Part shown: piece after piece, positions 49,680 to 63,240 of the stretch
Layout: every line of letters starts with the position of its first letter
Position numbering within the stretch: position 1 is the first letter of the stretch
NCBI GenBank assembly: GCA_951406725.2
Contig: OX597817.1
Span: 53,134,001-53,198,000, forward strand
Reading direction: 5' to 3'
DNA from: Octopus vulgaris
Lineage: Eukaryota
DNA length: 64,000 bases
Notes under the pieces: generated by a model
The model's input: the letters and a program-made list of their open reading frames with translations, nothing else
What the model was told of the DNA's origin: nothing
The model's database searches: none
Made by a program: the position numbers and the translations under genes

Positions 49680-50150
49680 TATTATCATGGCTGCCCCCTC
49701 GTTACCGAGTATGGCCATTGCACGAAGCTTAACTGTTATTGGTGCTGTGATCGAATGAGACTTTTTAGCCCAGCTAAAGATCTACAATGCCTTGTACAGA
49801 ATTGGCAGCTAAAACCTTTACCGGTAATAGCCGGCTGTAGTTGTAACTGGGCTTCATGTACTTTTGCATGTCGTTTAAGTTTTCCTGCCGAATTACACTC
49901 TCTTCGACATGCCCGACAGATATGATTAGTATGGTGTGTTACACCACCACCAGTGGCCAGGTTCCCACTCATCTGTCTCGCTTTATGACTACGATGATGA
50001 CTCTTGAGTCTAGCTTTACTGAGGCAGGGTCTTGCACAGACACTGCATGTCAGCATCATAGGAAAACCCTTCCCATCTGGAAGTGTAACAGCGAAGCCCT
50101 TCCTAACATCCCTCCTTACTTTCTCATGTGCAACTCGAGATTTCTCAAAA
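49680..50150 (-). mobile_element. RTE-clade LINE 3' end with three C2H2 fingers, inside (CATA)n
   Basis: CSVCARPCLSKARLKSHHRSH, CRACRRECNSAGKLKRHAKVH, CQFCTRHCRSLAGLKSLIRSQH. FEKSR..H parallels FEEARITH at ~25700. Confidence 0.75.
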
Positions 50151-50171
50151 GTACATACATACATACATACA

Positions 50172-50202
<31 letters not shown>

Positions 50203-50338
50203 GCATACACACAAATATATCTATACAGAGAGGGAGGGAGTGAGAGTGGGAGAGATGGAGAGGGGGAGGGAAAGAGAGGGGGAGAAAGAGAGCGAGAGAG
50301 AGAGATGTGTACTAAGCTATCTATATTTATCCTCACAG

Positions 50339-50549
50339 AATCCAGAGCAACATTGACGAAAAAAAGCAAGAGAAAGAGGCTCAGAAACAGGAACAGAAGC
50401 ATTTGAACCAGCTAGCCGAGGAATGGGCGAGCGAAATCCGTCAACTGCAGAAAGAAGAAAAAGAGAAGTCCTTGAAATTTGCTGCAGAACGCAGGAAACG
50501 AATAAAAGGGGATGCAGAGATTAGAGAACTTGAAAAGAAGAAAGAAGAG
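50339..50549 (+). CDS. CFAP210: CFAP210-like exon (IQSNIDEKKQEKE...ELEKKKEE)
   Basis: ctcacag/gtgaga, phase 2-0, compatible with its neighbours. E/K/Q-rich coiled coil. Confidence 0.85.
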
Positions 50550-50958
50550 GTGAGATTCTCTGTCAGTCACGGCTGATATTATCATAATATATCTCCCTAC
50601 CCGCGCATAGACCAAGTTCTGGTTATCTAGTCATCTATCATACTGACTAATCCACAAAACATAGAATGTATATTTTCCTACATCTTTCTTCATATGTCAC
50701 GTCCTTCCCGACTTATTCTTTCTCTGAAGCTTAAATATATTCAGTAACAAATGCCCTGTCGGTATATTTTCTTCAAACGGTGGCCATCGTAATCTTGAAA
50801 CTATCAGTTACGATCAATAATGTCGTATTTTGTATTTGTTTGTGCATTCTAACTTTAAATACCACGCGCACACACCTATATATATATATATATGTGCGTG
50901 TGTGTGTGTGAGTGTTTGTGTGCGTATGTGTGTGCACGACATGACTGGCCTCGTGTTC

Positions 50959-50994
50959 CTTTCTGTTGAAGAGCGTATGCTCGAAACGTAAAAG
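50959..50994 (+). ncRNA. Minimal type-I hammerhead-like motif with CUGUUGA core variant, second copy
   Basis: CTTT-CTGTTGA-A-GAGC-GTAT-GCTC-GAAAC-GTA-AAAG. Confidence 0.5.
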
Positions 50995-51999
50995 ACTTTC
51001 TCACCTTCCCGATCGTTAAACTAATACACTTGCTTGTTTTTTATACACTTGTCTTCATCTTTTGTTTTTCTGTAAATTTCAACTATATATATATATAATG
51101 TTTTCCAATACGAAGTAGCATTAATCCTATGTCCCTAGGGAAACTATTTGGTTCATCTTGATTATCTCCCTCCCATTTCTTAATATATAATTAACCTAAG
51201 ATATTTTTACCTAACTAATTAACTTTTATCCGCAGGTAGTAAATTTTATTTCCAATAGATCCTATATTTTAATTCATTAATATCAACTCACTATCCATGA
51301 AATTTGAATAATTTACTCTTCTAAATTACCTCTCTTCATATTATATAATATCGCCTTCTACTAAACCTATGAATATTTTCCTTTTTTGATTTTCCCTCTT
51401 CCATCTTTCTTAGTATATATTTTGACCCCTAATATGTTCACTTGATTAATAAGGCTCCCCCCCCCCAGTTAATAAGTACTATGCCTACTCATAATAAGTG
51501 ACAGTCTCTTTCTCCAAATTTGAATAAATTTTTAGATTTATATTTTTTCCTTTATTCTAACGTGTCAAAGTACTTGGAACTTATAGACCAACTGTTGTGT
51601 TGATATGCATAGGGTTTATAAGGTCTCTGCATTCTCTGTGAATGTTATTGTGACCATTTGACTTTGACCTAGTTCTCTTAACGCTGAATCTGTTCATCAA
51701 ATAGTAGTAATTGGCATTTAGTTGTGACAATGCTGTCTTCTACATAAATTCTTTATATGGAGCTATGACATCCCCTTTACCCCATTTCTATAATTAGAAA
51801 ATCTTTATTGTCTCCTTTCATTTGTTCTTCCCTCTCAGAACCTTACAGTAATCTGGAACAACTGAATCTTAGCCAGTCAGTTGATGGGCTCCACTACCTC
51901 AAATGTTCTTAAATTTTAAATCCACATCTTTGTCTATGTATCTACCTTCTCCATAATGTTGCCACTTGATATGAAATTTTTTGTATTCATGGAAAACCT

Positions 52000-52077
52000 C
52001 TGATGAGTGCTCAGCATTTTAAAACTGTTGTAATACTTACAACATTTAATAAAATGATGTAGTACGAAACGATCGTA
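52000..52077 (+). ncRNA. Hammerhead-like motif with perfect core and long stem II
   Basis: CTGATGA-GTGCT..catttta..tgttgtaa/ttacaaca..taaaatg..AGTAC-GAAACGATCGTA. Stem I is not evident. Confidence 0.55.
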
Positions 52078-52132
52078 CCAAATTACCGGAGTCATTCTTG
52101 TTGCTTATTTTGATTATATATATATATATATA

Positions 52133-52735
52133 CAGGGTGCGTAAGGTATTTGAGGACATACCTTTTTGTGATGCCTCCTTACATGTGATACATCCTTACT
52201 TCTTTCCACAAGGCCTTAGAGTTAACTCTACCGCCTACACTGAGGTCCTGGGAATAATTGTTAAGCCCTGGATAAACAGTGTATGCAATGGAAGGTCATA
52301 TGTGTTTCAGTAAGACTCTGCACTATCACACATGGCTCTAGTAACACAGGAATGGATGGCTGAAACTTTTTATGAACATATAATCCGTAACACTTAGCCT
52401 CCTAATTCCCCAAATCACAATCCATTTGACTATTACATGTGGAACATTGTTGAGAGAGAGAGAGAGATCAATGAAAACGCCCATAACACCAAAGCTACTG
52501 TGAAAGCTACCATATTCAGAGTAATGTCCAAAATGAACCAGGACCACTTGATTCGAGCATGTAGATGATTTAGATCTCATATACAGAAGCAGTTGTTGAA
52601 GCTGAAGGTGGATTTATAGAAAAGAAGGTTTATTTTTATCCTCATAACATTTTTTGATAAATAAAGTTATTTGTTATTACATATCTGTTTTTTTTTATAA
52701 ACATAAATCTATCCTCAAATATCGTACGCATCCTG
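52133..52735 (+). mobile_element. Internally deleted Tc1/mariner (maT/DD37D-like) transposon
   Basis: TIRs CAGGGTGCGTAAGGTATTTGAGGA / TCCTCAAATATCGTACGCATCCTG with TA flanks. Peptide YVFQ*DSA..H...PPNSPNHNPFDY. Confidence 0.85.
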
Positions 52736-53046
52736 TATATATATATATATATATATATAATGGCAGACCTTCAGCGTGCTCAGGAAAGGAAGAGGTATGG
52801 TGTTATTGTGGGGCAAGTTCACTTTAACTGAATAAGTTGGAGTCAGCAAGAAGTAGTATGGTTGGGCATTTATTTTGTTTCTTTGTTGAAAACCAAGTTG
52901 TTCCTCGTCGGTCGAATTCAAATAATTTAAAAGAAGAAAGAGACATAAACACATCTAGTGATGCATATATACACAACATGAAGATATACGCACAATCACA
53001 GGTGTACATAAGGTATACACACACACACATGTAAAGTAATCACACA

Positions 53047-53116
<70 letters not shown>

Positions 53117-53568
53117 CACATACATGCATACACATGCACAGTCCAGTACTAATGAGACGTACACAGCCATTGCATAAAAATAAATATAACCTCATATAAA
53201 CGGATATATTTTCACTCAGTAACTCGCTGTTCTCACACATTCACGAGTTCCTGGAACTGTATTGTCCGCAAACAAGCCAAATCGCTTTGGTCGTGACCTG
53301 TTTCAGATTAGAAATTCTTCGGGCAGATGAATATATTTGGTGAATGGTAAAAACGAAGTGTTAATCAATCACAAACAAATTATTCAAGACTTTCAAATGT
53401 TACAAGAGAATGATTTGAACCAGCTCTTTTGTTAATGGGGGAAATACTGCGTTACCTTGTGATCGGAACTTTGAACACTTTGAAATCTTATACATGTAAC
53501 ACAAATTCAAATTTACTTATTAGCTAATCAGAGCAGTTACATCGATCTCTTTTCTGATTGAACAAACC

Positions 53569-53792
53569 TATTTTTTTACTACCCACAAGGGGCTAAACAC
53601 AGAGGGAACAAACAAGGACAGACAAACGGATGAAGCCGATTACATCGACCCCAGTGCGTAACTGGTACTTAATTTATCGGCCCCGAAATGATGAAAGGCA
53701 AAGTCGACCACGGCGGAATTTGAACTCAGAACGCAGCGGCAGACGAAATACCTATTTCTTTACTACCCACTAGGGGCTAAACACAGAGAGGG
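53569..53792 (-). mobile_element. Head-less SINE concatemer: partial tail + one full 184-bp unit
   Basis: Junction at 53752/53753; no head upstream. Confidence 0.85.
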
Positions 53793-54041
53793 TTTATTTA
53801 CATTTGGGAAGAAAAAAGATACCCTTTCCCCCACCCCTTTCCGTCCAATCTTTAAAGAATGAGAACCAGTAGTTTGATTCGAGTAGAATGAAGGTACTCT
53901 CCATTAAAGGTACCCACTGACCATATTGTGGTGATATGTTATGGACTCAGAGTATGGCTTCATGATTATCTTCACGTAAAAGAAACACTTGACAAACATA
54001 TTTTTGAAGTGTTAACTTTCTATGGTATTCTTTTGTGACAG

Positions 54042-54127
54042 GAGGAAGTTAAAGCATGCGAAGCTTATGCGGAAGCAAAACGGGATATGTTGAAGATGAG
54101 AGAGAAACGAAATAAAGAATTACGAGC
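54042..54127 (+). CDS. CFAP210: CFAP210-like exon (EEVKACEAYAEAKRDMLKMREKRNKELR)
   Basis: tgacag/gtaagt, phase 0-2. Resembles the recalled KFIKAKKRLIQM segment of vertebrate CCDC173. Confidence 0.8.
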
Positions 54128-54280
54128 GTAAGTACACGTTCCAATATGTATATTCGGTTTTGATTGTGTGTGTATGTGTCTTCTGATTTGTTCTATAGAG
54201 TCATCACCAGCAGAGAAAGAGATGGTATCCAACTCAGAAACAAAGCATCAATTATGTAAATAAATACGTGTATGCGTATG

Positions 54281-55150
54281 TGTTGTGATGAGAGTTACAA
54301 CGCCCCCTTGCGAGAGATGGACTGGTCCGAGTAAAGTATAAATAGAAACGATCCAAGTGAGAAGTTCAGAGTTCGAAGTCGTGTAAAGTTCGTGTTAGTT
54401 TGCAGTGAAGTCGGAAGGTGTCGGTTGTTCACAAGGATTATTGAGTGTTGGTTCGTAAAGAGATTTGTTAGTTCGTTACATTGTTCTTACTGTAGTCTGG
54501 TTATCTTATTTATTGTACGTAACGAATTACATTACAACATCTGGCGATGAGGGTTTCGAAGTTCGCGTAGGTTATTTAACAATTTGTTTGTGATACAACT
54601 TCTAAAATAATAAAAGACCTATTAGCTTCCATAATACAGTTGCAACAGCAACAACAAGAGCAGCGACAGGAGTTACAGAAGCAACTATTACAGCAGCAAC
54701 TACAACAACAATTATTGGAGCTATTTTCAGAGAATCCCAAAAATGAGGTAAGTTCGTTTTCGCCAGACGGTGTTTCGAACTCGATTAATGAATTCAGTTA
54801 TAATACAGAGGAAGGTATAACTTTTGCATCGTACTACATAAGGTACGAGGAGATATTTAAGCAAGATTGCAAATCACGGTAGGACGGACAAAAAGTGAGA
54901 TTGTTATTGCGAAAATTTGCTCCGTTAGAGCATGAACGTTACTGTAATTTCATATTACCCCTCCCCCCAAAAAAAACAATGAAATTTGTTTTAAAGAAAC
55001 CATAGAATTACTGTCTAACATATTCGGTGATAAAACTTCTCTATTTAACACCTAGAGTGTTGTATTATAATGAAAAAAGAGAATGGTAATTTTTATCACA
55101 TACGAAGGAACAGTCAACAGGATGTATGAAATAGCAGTCGATAATATACT
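54281..55150 (+). mobile_element. Gypsy LTR retrotransposon 5' remnant: LTR 54281-54539, PBS, gag pseudogene
   Basis: TGTTGTGATG...CATTACAACA termini; TGGCGATGAGG PBS; INEFSYNTEEGITFASYY.RYEE.F..KVRLLLRK..EHERYCNFILP. Confidence 0.8.
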
Positions 55151-56754
55151 GGATATATATACTGGCAAATATGTTTGCGGGTGGCGAACATAAAAAAATT
55201 TCATCTTACTTGTAGGAAGAACATTAAATAAATGTACAACCCAGATGTGGATAATCCAGGACCTAAGTTTCGAACTTTCCAAACTACGTTTGTTAGCGTA
55301 AATTTGATTAGTTCTCTTCGGCTAGATTCAGCTAAACAAAATTTCAAATGTCACTACATCAATGCTGTTATTACTCGTCTGAACGCCTGGTAGTTATCAG
55401 ACCGAGAACAGTGAAAAGGTTTTCAAAGAAAAAATTGTTAAATAGTGCAATACAGTACTATTGCTTTCCAGTAAGACATATATTTATATGGCGATTTTCC
55501 TTCTTTTCCTTTAGATTTTTCCCTTTCTCTTTTCCGACAAAGATCCATGCCCAAAACATTAAAAACTCTCTCCTTTCACCGAGCGTTAAATTAATACAGT
55601 TCTTATGCACGCCCTCACACTCGTTTTTTTCTCTTTCCTATTTTTTATTCGTTTTTTTAATTGTTTGTTCGTTGAATTGACTATGTGTATATATATATAT
55701 CAAATCGATTAAGCAAACGGGATATGGAATTGGTATAACTCTTTATTTTGTAGACGATCGTTTCGATCCATCCTGTATCTGTCCTTTATAGGTGGGAGGA
55801 TCCTGTGCATTATACTATGTAGCATTAATCTTGCAGTCTGTGTCACATCAAGCATATTCATATATAAAGTGGTGTCTTGCTAAAAATCTTGATTTTGGCC
55901 AGAAATGTTATTATTCGCGCACTTCATTTTGAGAATGAGATCTTGCTACGATTGTCTTTATTGTTAGATATCCATAAGAAATAAAATATACAAGAAAGGA
56001 TGAAAAAGAAGAAAAAAGAAAAGTCTTTTCTTTTTTTATTCAATATTACTCCAAGGGGAAGTAATATTGATAGCACGAGGTCGGTGGAGGAAAATTAGAT
56101 TAAGTTTAAAGCGAGGAAAGAATATTAGAAAAAGAAAGGAAGAATAAATACAGGCGAAATAGTCAGAGAGGGGGACAATATAGATGAGACCTGTTGAATA
56201 ATGATATTAAAATTCTGTCGTTGCAGGCATTTTAAGGTTGTAGCTATGTTTAAGCAGGAGTTGTATAAATTTTGGCACGAGCTACATCAATAGTACACCA
56301 GGTTGTCAGGTATCACCTATGATAGATACATTCATACTTATATATAATAAGTATATATATATATATATATACAGGCGCGCTTGCACGCACAACACACAGA
56401 CCTACAAACACACACACACACACACGTGCTCTCATACGTTCGCATATGTACCCACATTTATACAGTATCAGGCATACGTTCATTCCTATACCTGTTCACT
56501 CATACACCTGTAAAATCCAAACGTACATGTACACGTATTTGCGTAACGGCTCGTGCGTTTATACACACGCGCGCACATGTACATACATTCCAGCATACAC
56601 GCGCGCATCCATCAACCTCAGGGTGTACATATCTCAATAAATGTATTCTTTCTACTTCGTTAATTATCCATGAAGTAACGTTTGTTTTTGTTAATGTATT
56701 TTTAGTGACATACAGTAGTATTCAAAATATTATATATAAACATATTATGATATA

Positions 56755-58827
56755 CTAGCAGTATAGCCCGGCGTTGCCCAGGATTAAATTAGGATTGTTA
56801 AGTAATCAAGCGCTTTATTTCAAACCAAAATAAGTGACATCCACATCAAATTTGAGCGAAATCCGTTGAAATTGGTAAACGTTTGACTGAAAATGGGTTG
56901 CAGGCAATTTGATTAGGAAATCCCATAAGGAATCGGTTTATCGATTATTTCCACTCATCGATTTTTTTTTTGTTTTTTTTTAAGAACTTAAAGCATTCAA
57001 AGATCCCATGAGTCCTAAGTAATGCTGGCATCAAGTTTGAACAAAATATGTCAAAATTGGTAAAAGTTATGGTTGAAAATGGGGTGTAGCCAATTTTAGT
57101 GGAAAATCCTTTAAGGAATCGGTTTATTAATTTTTATCCTGGTTGAATCGAAAACCCCCAAAGGGATGCCTGCCACCGATAGTGTTTGGCCTTGGGATTT
57201 GTTGATGGACATAGCGAAGCATGGTCTCACCGGGAACTGCGATCTGCGGAAGTTAAACGGCATGTCTGACCCCAAGGGATAAAGCTGCATCCTTGAAATG
57301 GAAACATTTTCACCCCTCCCGCACCCTGTAACAATGGTGGCCTCAATCAAGTGGGGCGTCAGAGACTTGAATGCTAAGCGGGTCCAGTTGCACTGTTTAG
57401 GCGGAAGCAAGTTTTTGATTAGCATAATTGGGCATCCAACCCTTAGCCTAAGAATGTGAGGTGGGAGCCCTGCTGGCTCCAATGAGTTAAGAAACTCGAT
57501 AGGGTAACTGAAAATGTCTTGGGGGTCAGAGGTCCGGTCAATCGATTTGTAGATGCGCTCCTCACCCGGAATTCGGCTTATGAGCTGGTCGTTGATAGCA
57601 CTGACAGCTACGTTTTTGGGGGGCCAGGATGGTTCTTTCACTGAGCCAATTGATGCCTGCATAATTACTTTCCAGATTGGGGAACACTGTTTCCAAAAGA
57701 TCGGAAGGGTTGTCCACGGTATTGCACAGTTCAGAGATGGATATGTCGCCCCTATCATTCCTAGGGATCTTGCCTTCTCCAAGGGGTAAAACGTCTTCAG
57801 CAAATGCTGCAGACGTGCTATCACCAAGCAAGTGCACACGCATGTTTGTGCTTAGGCTTAAGGTCTTAACCTGGAGCCGCAAGGTGGATGACTTGAGGCA
57901 TGTGTGCACTTCATCAGCCCGGCTCCCTTTAGGAATGACAGGAAGGGTTTGCCGGAAATCTCCTGAAACAATAGAGTTACACCACCCATAGAAGCTGTAG
58001 AATCCCTGATACTTTTCAGTGACCGGTTCAGTGCCTCAAGGGCACCCTTATTAGTCATTGTACATTCGTCCCATACAATGAGACGGTACTATCTAAGAAC
58101 TTAGCTTCCTCTGAATTTTTGCCAATGTTGCAAGTATAAACCTCGGCCCTCACCAAATGTAAAGGCAGCTTGAATGCCGAGTGGGCCGTCCTACCTCCCG
58201 GCAATAACGAGGAAGCAACGGCTAGCGCAATTTGTTTCTCGCGACGAATCTTAGCGAGTATTAATTGTGTTACAAAGGATTTGCCGGTACCTCTAGCAGC
58301 ATCGAGGGAAAAAATGCCACCCGCCTGTTTTTCAACAGTTTCGTACACCAGCCTCTGATCAGGGAGCAATTTCGGTTCATTTACTCTCAGGTACTCCGCA
58401 AGGCCATCAGCGTCATACGACAACTCCAGAAGTAACTTCAGTGGGAGTGTGTTAACGTCCTGTCGCAATGAGGATAGCAAACCGAATGTGCTCAACGCTG
58501 CCCCACCCATTTTGAGCAGGGCGTCCTCGATTTCAATCAGCGCATTATTGTAGATCAGGTCATTGTATCCAATGTCAGCATTAGGGCACTGTTGCTTTGC
58601 CAGTCATCATTTGCCTCGACCGAGAAAGCAATTACAACCATTACAAGCGGCTCCATTTAATTGATTAATGAAAACATTACATTAATTTGAAAGAAACCGT
58701 TCTCGTCGGGTGACCGCATAGACTTCAAACACAAACGTTGAACCATTTTAAAACAAATTTACATCAATAATGGAAACCAAAATATTTACATTGTTTCCTT
58801 TTGTTATATCTGTGGCAGAATATCTGT

Positions 58828-58830
<3 letters not shown>
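56755..58830 (-). mobile_element. Helitron remnant with PIF1-like helicase pseudogene
   Basis: LDAARGTGKS, LPGGRTAHSAFKLP, WDECTM, GLPPHILRL, QFPVRPCFAMSINKSQGQTL. 3' hairpin + CTAG|T at 56755. Confidence 0.9.
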
Positions 58831-58883
<53 letters not shown>

Positions 58884-59432
58884 TTTTCAGGGTACCCATC
58901 CTCGGGTAAAGCGATAGTGAAGTTAATGTCGTATTCAATACAGTGAGAATTTTTAAAATTTAATTAAAAAATAATTATGGGAGGAAGAAAAGATAACAAT
59001 AGTGCAATAACCAATATAAATAATTATAATTTATTTAGATTCTTGATATTCGCTGCATAAAATATATTTATATATTTGTACTAACTTAAATATTAATTTT
59101 CATCACGAATAGCGTACGTGAGTCGTGGCGAATTTTATTTTCCGTACACCACAAACATAGTGGGCGGTAGAAGGCAATGACTTTTCGGTTGTGAGTTGAG
59201 ATGATAACTAATCATCGAGTCAACGTCTTCTTGTCGACATTAAAATGTTTTAGTGAGTGAAATTACATGAAACAATGAATGACGAAGTCTCTATGCGTGT
59301 GTGTGCGTGTGCGTTTGTATTTAGAGGGAGTGGTGGTATTGATTCAAACAATGAGGTCACATTCCACTCACAGATTCACTGACGATACATTCAATACTGC
59401 ACCATGCCTGTGCCTACACTATATATGTATAC

Positions 59433-59499
<67 letters not shown>

Positions 59500-59666
59500 G
59501 TGTGTCTGTGTGTGATGTTCCAAGTGTTTTCATTATCCCCCATCATCAATATATATATATATAATTTTTTTTTAGATTCACATGAATATGGTACTTAAGT
59601 TGAGGCACCAGAATTTAGTACGGTATTATCCATACAATTTCAAATTAAGGTGATTAAAATCAAAAT

Positions 59667-60005
59667 AAGCAACAAGGATATCCAGAGGTAATGCAGTACG
59701 ATCGTTTTATGCAATTCCTTTTAATTGAACAATACAATCATTGCATCAATTTAAAATGCAGAGGATTCTTCAGCTGCACAAAGACGTAGAAATTAATTAA
59801 ATTAGAACAGTAACTTCTATACTAGACAGCATGGTCGGTATAATTATACTAATGTGTCCATCTGTTCTAGTTTAATTAAATTCTATGCATTTGTGCAGCT
59901 GATGATTACTCTGCATTTTAGATTGATGTAATGATTGCATTGTTCAATTAAATGGAGTTGCATGAAACGATCGTGCTGCATTACCTCTGGATCTCCTTGT
60001 TGCTT

Positions 60006-60006
<1 letters not shown>
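59667..60006. repeat. ~140-bp inverted repeat; each arm contains a type-I hammerhead motif
   Basis: Arms 59667-59810 and 59862-60006. Motifs at 59692-59778 (-) and 59894-59980 (+). Confidence 0.8.
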
Positions 60007-60084
<78 letters not shown>

Positions 60085-60113
60085 GAGAGAGAGGAAGAGA
60101 AAGAGAAAGAGAG

Positions 60114-60188
<75 letters not shown>

Positions 60189-60201
60189 CAGACAGATCGG
60201 T

Positions 60202-60590
60202 AGGCATAGCTGTGGATGTTTCGTAAGAAGCTTACTTCCCAACAACATGGTTCTGGGTTCAGTCCCGCTACGTGGCAACATGAGTAGACGCCTCGTACTA
60301 TAGCCTTGGGCCGACAAAAACCTTGTGAGTGGATTTGGTAGACGAAAACTAAAAGAAGCCCGTCGAATATATAATATTTGTGTGTGCGTGTGTGTGTGTT
60401 GTCTTTGTTTCTGTGTTTGTGATGGTGTATTTGGATTCCCATAACTTAGTAGTTTCGCAAAGAAATCGCTAGAATTAGTACTAGGCTTTAAAAAACCCCT
60501 GGGGTCGATTTTTCGACTAAAATCCTTTCAAGGTAGTGCTCCAGCATGGCTGCAGTCAAATGACTGAAACAAGCATAAGAATGAAAGAAT
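60202..60590 (+). mobile_element. CORE-type tRNA SINE (OR2-like), diverged
   Basis: GGTTCTGGGTTCAGTCCC, ccttgtgagtggatttggtagacg, tail GTGCTCCAGCATGGCTGCAGTCAAATGACTGAAAC. Confidence 0.75.
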
Positions 60591-61713
60591 GGTGACTGAA
60601 GGGCAAAGTGAAGTGTTGCTCCTGGTCATGGCTGACACAAAAGAGAGCGAGAAAGGAAATGGCCCCTGTTATATAGACTATGCTAGGTTGCAGGTCAAAT
60701 CCTAAACAGAGGACTGACCTTTAAGTGACCACCTTTATATGGTCTTGACTTTATATGGTCTCTGTAAAGTTTTGTTTTTCCTGGCGTATGAGATATGTTG
60801 AATCATAATTAGGTTGTGTTCTGATAAAAAGGTATTATAGAAGGTTTTATCATTTTAAGTTGGAGTTGTGTTATTCTTCAGAGTTCAGTCATGTGTATAA
60901 AATCTCGTAATCAGATGTGTGTATTTAGGTGTGTCAGCTCCAGGTCGTGGGATTGCTTTTTATGGTTCGCAAAAGAATGTAAGTGATGTTATTTGAGAAC
61001 TGTTTACAAGATTTAAACTGCTTGTTTGGGGAAGACAGAGGTTATTGTTCAGAATTCAGTTAAACATGTAAAAGTTTGTAATTTATTCAGGAGTATTAAC
61101 TTCAGATCATGATGTTGTCGATATAGGAATTTGATTATTTTCTACTTTAAGGTTCACAAAAATGTAACTCAGTGAGAAGGTTTCTTATATATATATTTTG
61201 CTTGCAGTGTAAATGTTCTTATACCCTCAGTCATTTTTAATGGCATTTATTGTTTTCCATTTTGGCTAAACTTCGCTAATTAGCTGCCTCATTTAATTAT
61301 TTGTATACACATTAGCGATTCGCTAAATCATCCATAAATTTTTATGAAGTTGTTCCGGATGTTGGCGATCTGTGCCGATCTTTCTGACGATGCGTTGATA
61401 GCAACAACAAAGTCCTTCAGCTCTTATTTCTAGCAGTATAGGTGTTTTTTACATGGTTTTGTTCGTTAATTTCCGAAATTTTTTTTCTTTTTTTACTCCT
61501 CTTTGGAAGGCGAGCAGGAATTTGAAAGAGAGAAGAAAGAGAGGACGAGAGTGTGTGCTTGTGAGGGAGAAAGAGAGAGAGTGAGTGAGTGAAGGTGTGT
61601 TCAGTTCTATATCTAAGAGATAATGAGTTATGTACATTATTTATATTTGACGGATATTCGTTCTCATCTTGTTGTTAACACAACGTGTCTTGGGGAAATT
61701 TCGAACCTGGGTT

Positions 61714-61744
<31 letters not shown>

Positions 61745-62605
61745 ATATCATTATTATTATTCGTGTCACTGGAATCGAATTCGGAATCTTGGGGTTAGTA
61801 GTCCGTGCTCTTAACCACTACACCATATGTCCGTGGGGAATTATTGAGTTAATTTTAGGGCTTATAAATCCAATATTCTCCTATCCTTCCTTAATACCGG
61901 TTCCCATATGCTATTCATATCAGCACTCGGTCTGCTTAGGAGGTTGTTATGTCCTAGTATATGTACTGCTGCTTTTAGTTTTCGTATTTTCCAGTGGTGA
62001 TCTCTGTCTATTATTTTAACTTCATCCCACGGGGGGAGGTGGTCTCCATTTTTCCATACATGATCAGCTATAAATCCGATTTATCAATATCTCCTCCTGT
62101 CACACCTTTGCGATGTTCCTCTACCCTTACTTTGAGGGGGCGGCACATTTTGCCTTTGTATAACCTGCCACAGCTGCATGGGATGGAGTACACACAGTCT
62201 TTGGTTATATTCTCTTCTATTGGTGGTTTGCTCCTACTAACGAAGGAATGCCAATTTTTTAACTGTTAAAATTTCATTGTAATAAATTGGTTATAAATAG
62301 TTTAATTTATCATACAATTCTTAATAATATTTAATTATTTAAAAAAAATTATAGGGTTTTTGCATGTCGAATGGCTATGAGGGTCCACCCGAATAAAATG
62401 GGAAACAAAGTGGTTGAGAAACGTCGATCTAATGTGTTCTTCCATTTTGAATGGCATCAGGTGTGATGTTGTGCTGGTATTTTTAGAAGATCGAGCAATC
62501 ACACAGTTTCCCTCGACAACTTAACAGAGAGATAAACACTCAGAAAGCTGCCAACTAGACCACCCAGCTAAAGTTTACCCATACGTGCATACATACATAC
62601 ATACA

Positions 62606-62715
<110 letters not shown>

Positions 62716-63198
62716 CGCATACATATAATTATATACATATATACAATTACATACACATGCGTACACAAACATGCGCACATATGCACAACATATACACACA
62801 CATATATTCACACAGATATATAAAAATATATATGCATATATACACATAGACTCACATACATATACACATATGAACACGTATATACACATACACATAGACA
62901 CTGATACACGCTCAGGCTAGACACGTACTCAGACACACACTCACACACACGCACAGACACACTCATACAGACACGCAAACATATATAAATATACTCACAC
63001 ACATACGTACACTGACTCACACGCATAAAGACACACTCACACACGTGTCTACACATACACACACATACACATGCCAGCACATAAAAACAAAACACGCACA
63101 AACACACTCAATGAGACATTCACACTTACACACATAAAAGTCGCACACGCACAAACACTGTCTTTCTTTCTTTCTTTTTCTCTTTCCCTTCCCCCCTA

Positions 63199-63240
<42 letters not shown>

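Noticed and set aside
54640-54882. PolyQ ORF as a host gene
   Set aside because: Follows an LTR and PBS and matches a Gypsy gag N-terminus.
61765-61838. tRNA-like sequence on the minus strand
   Set aside because: A/B boxes are present but there is no complete acceptor stem; probably a SINE head.
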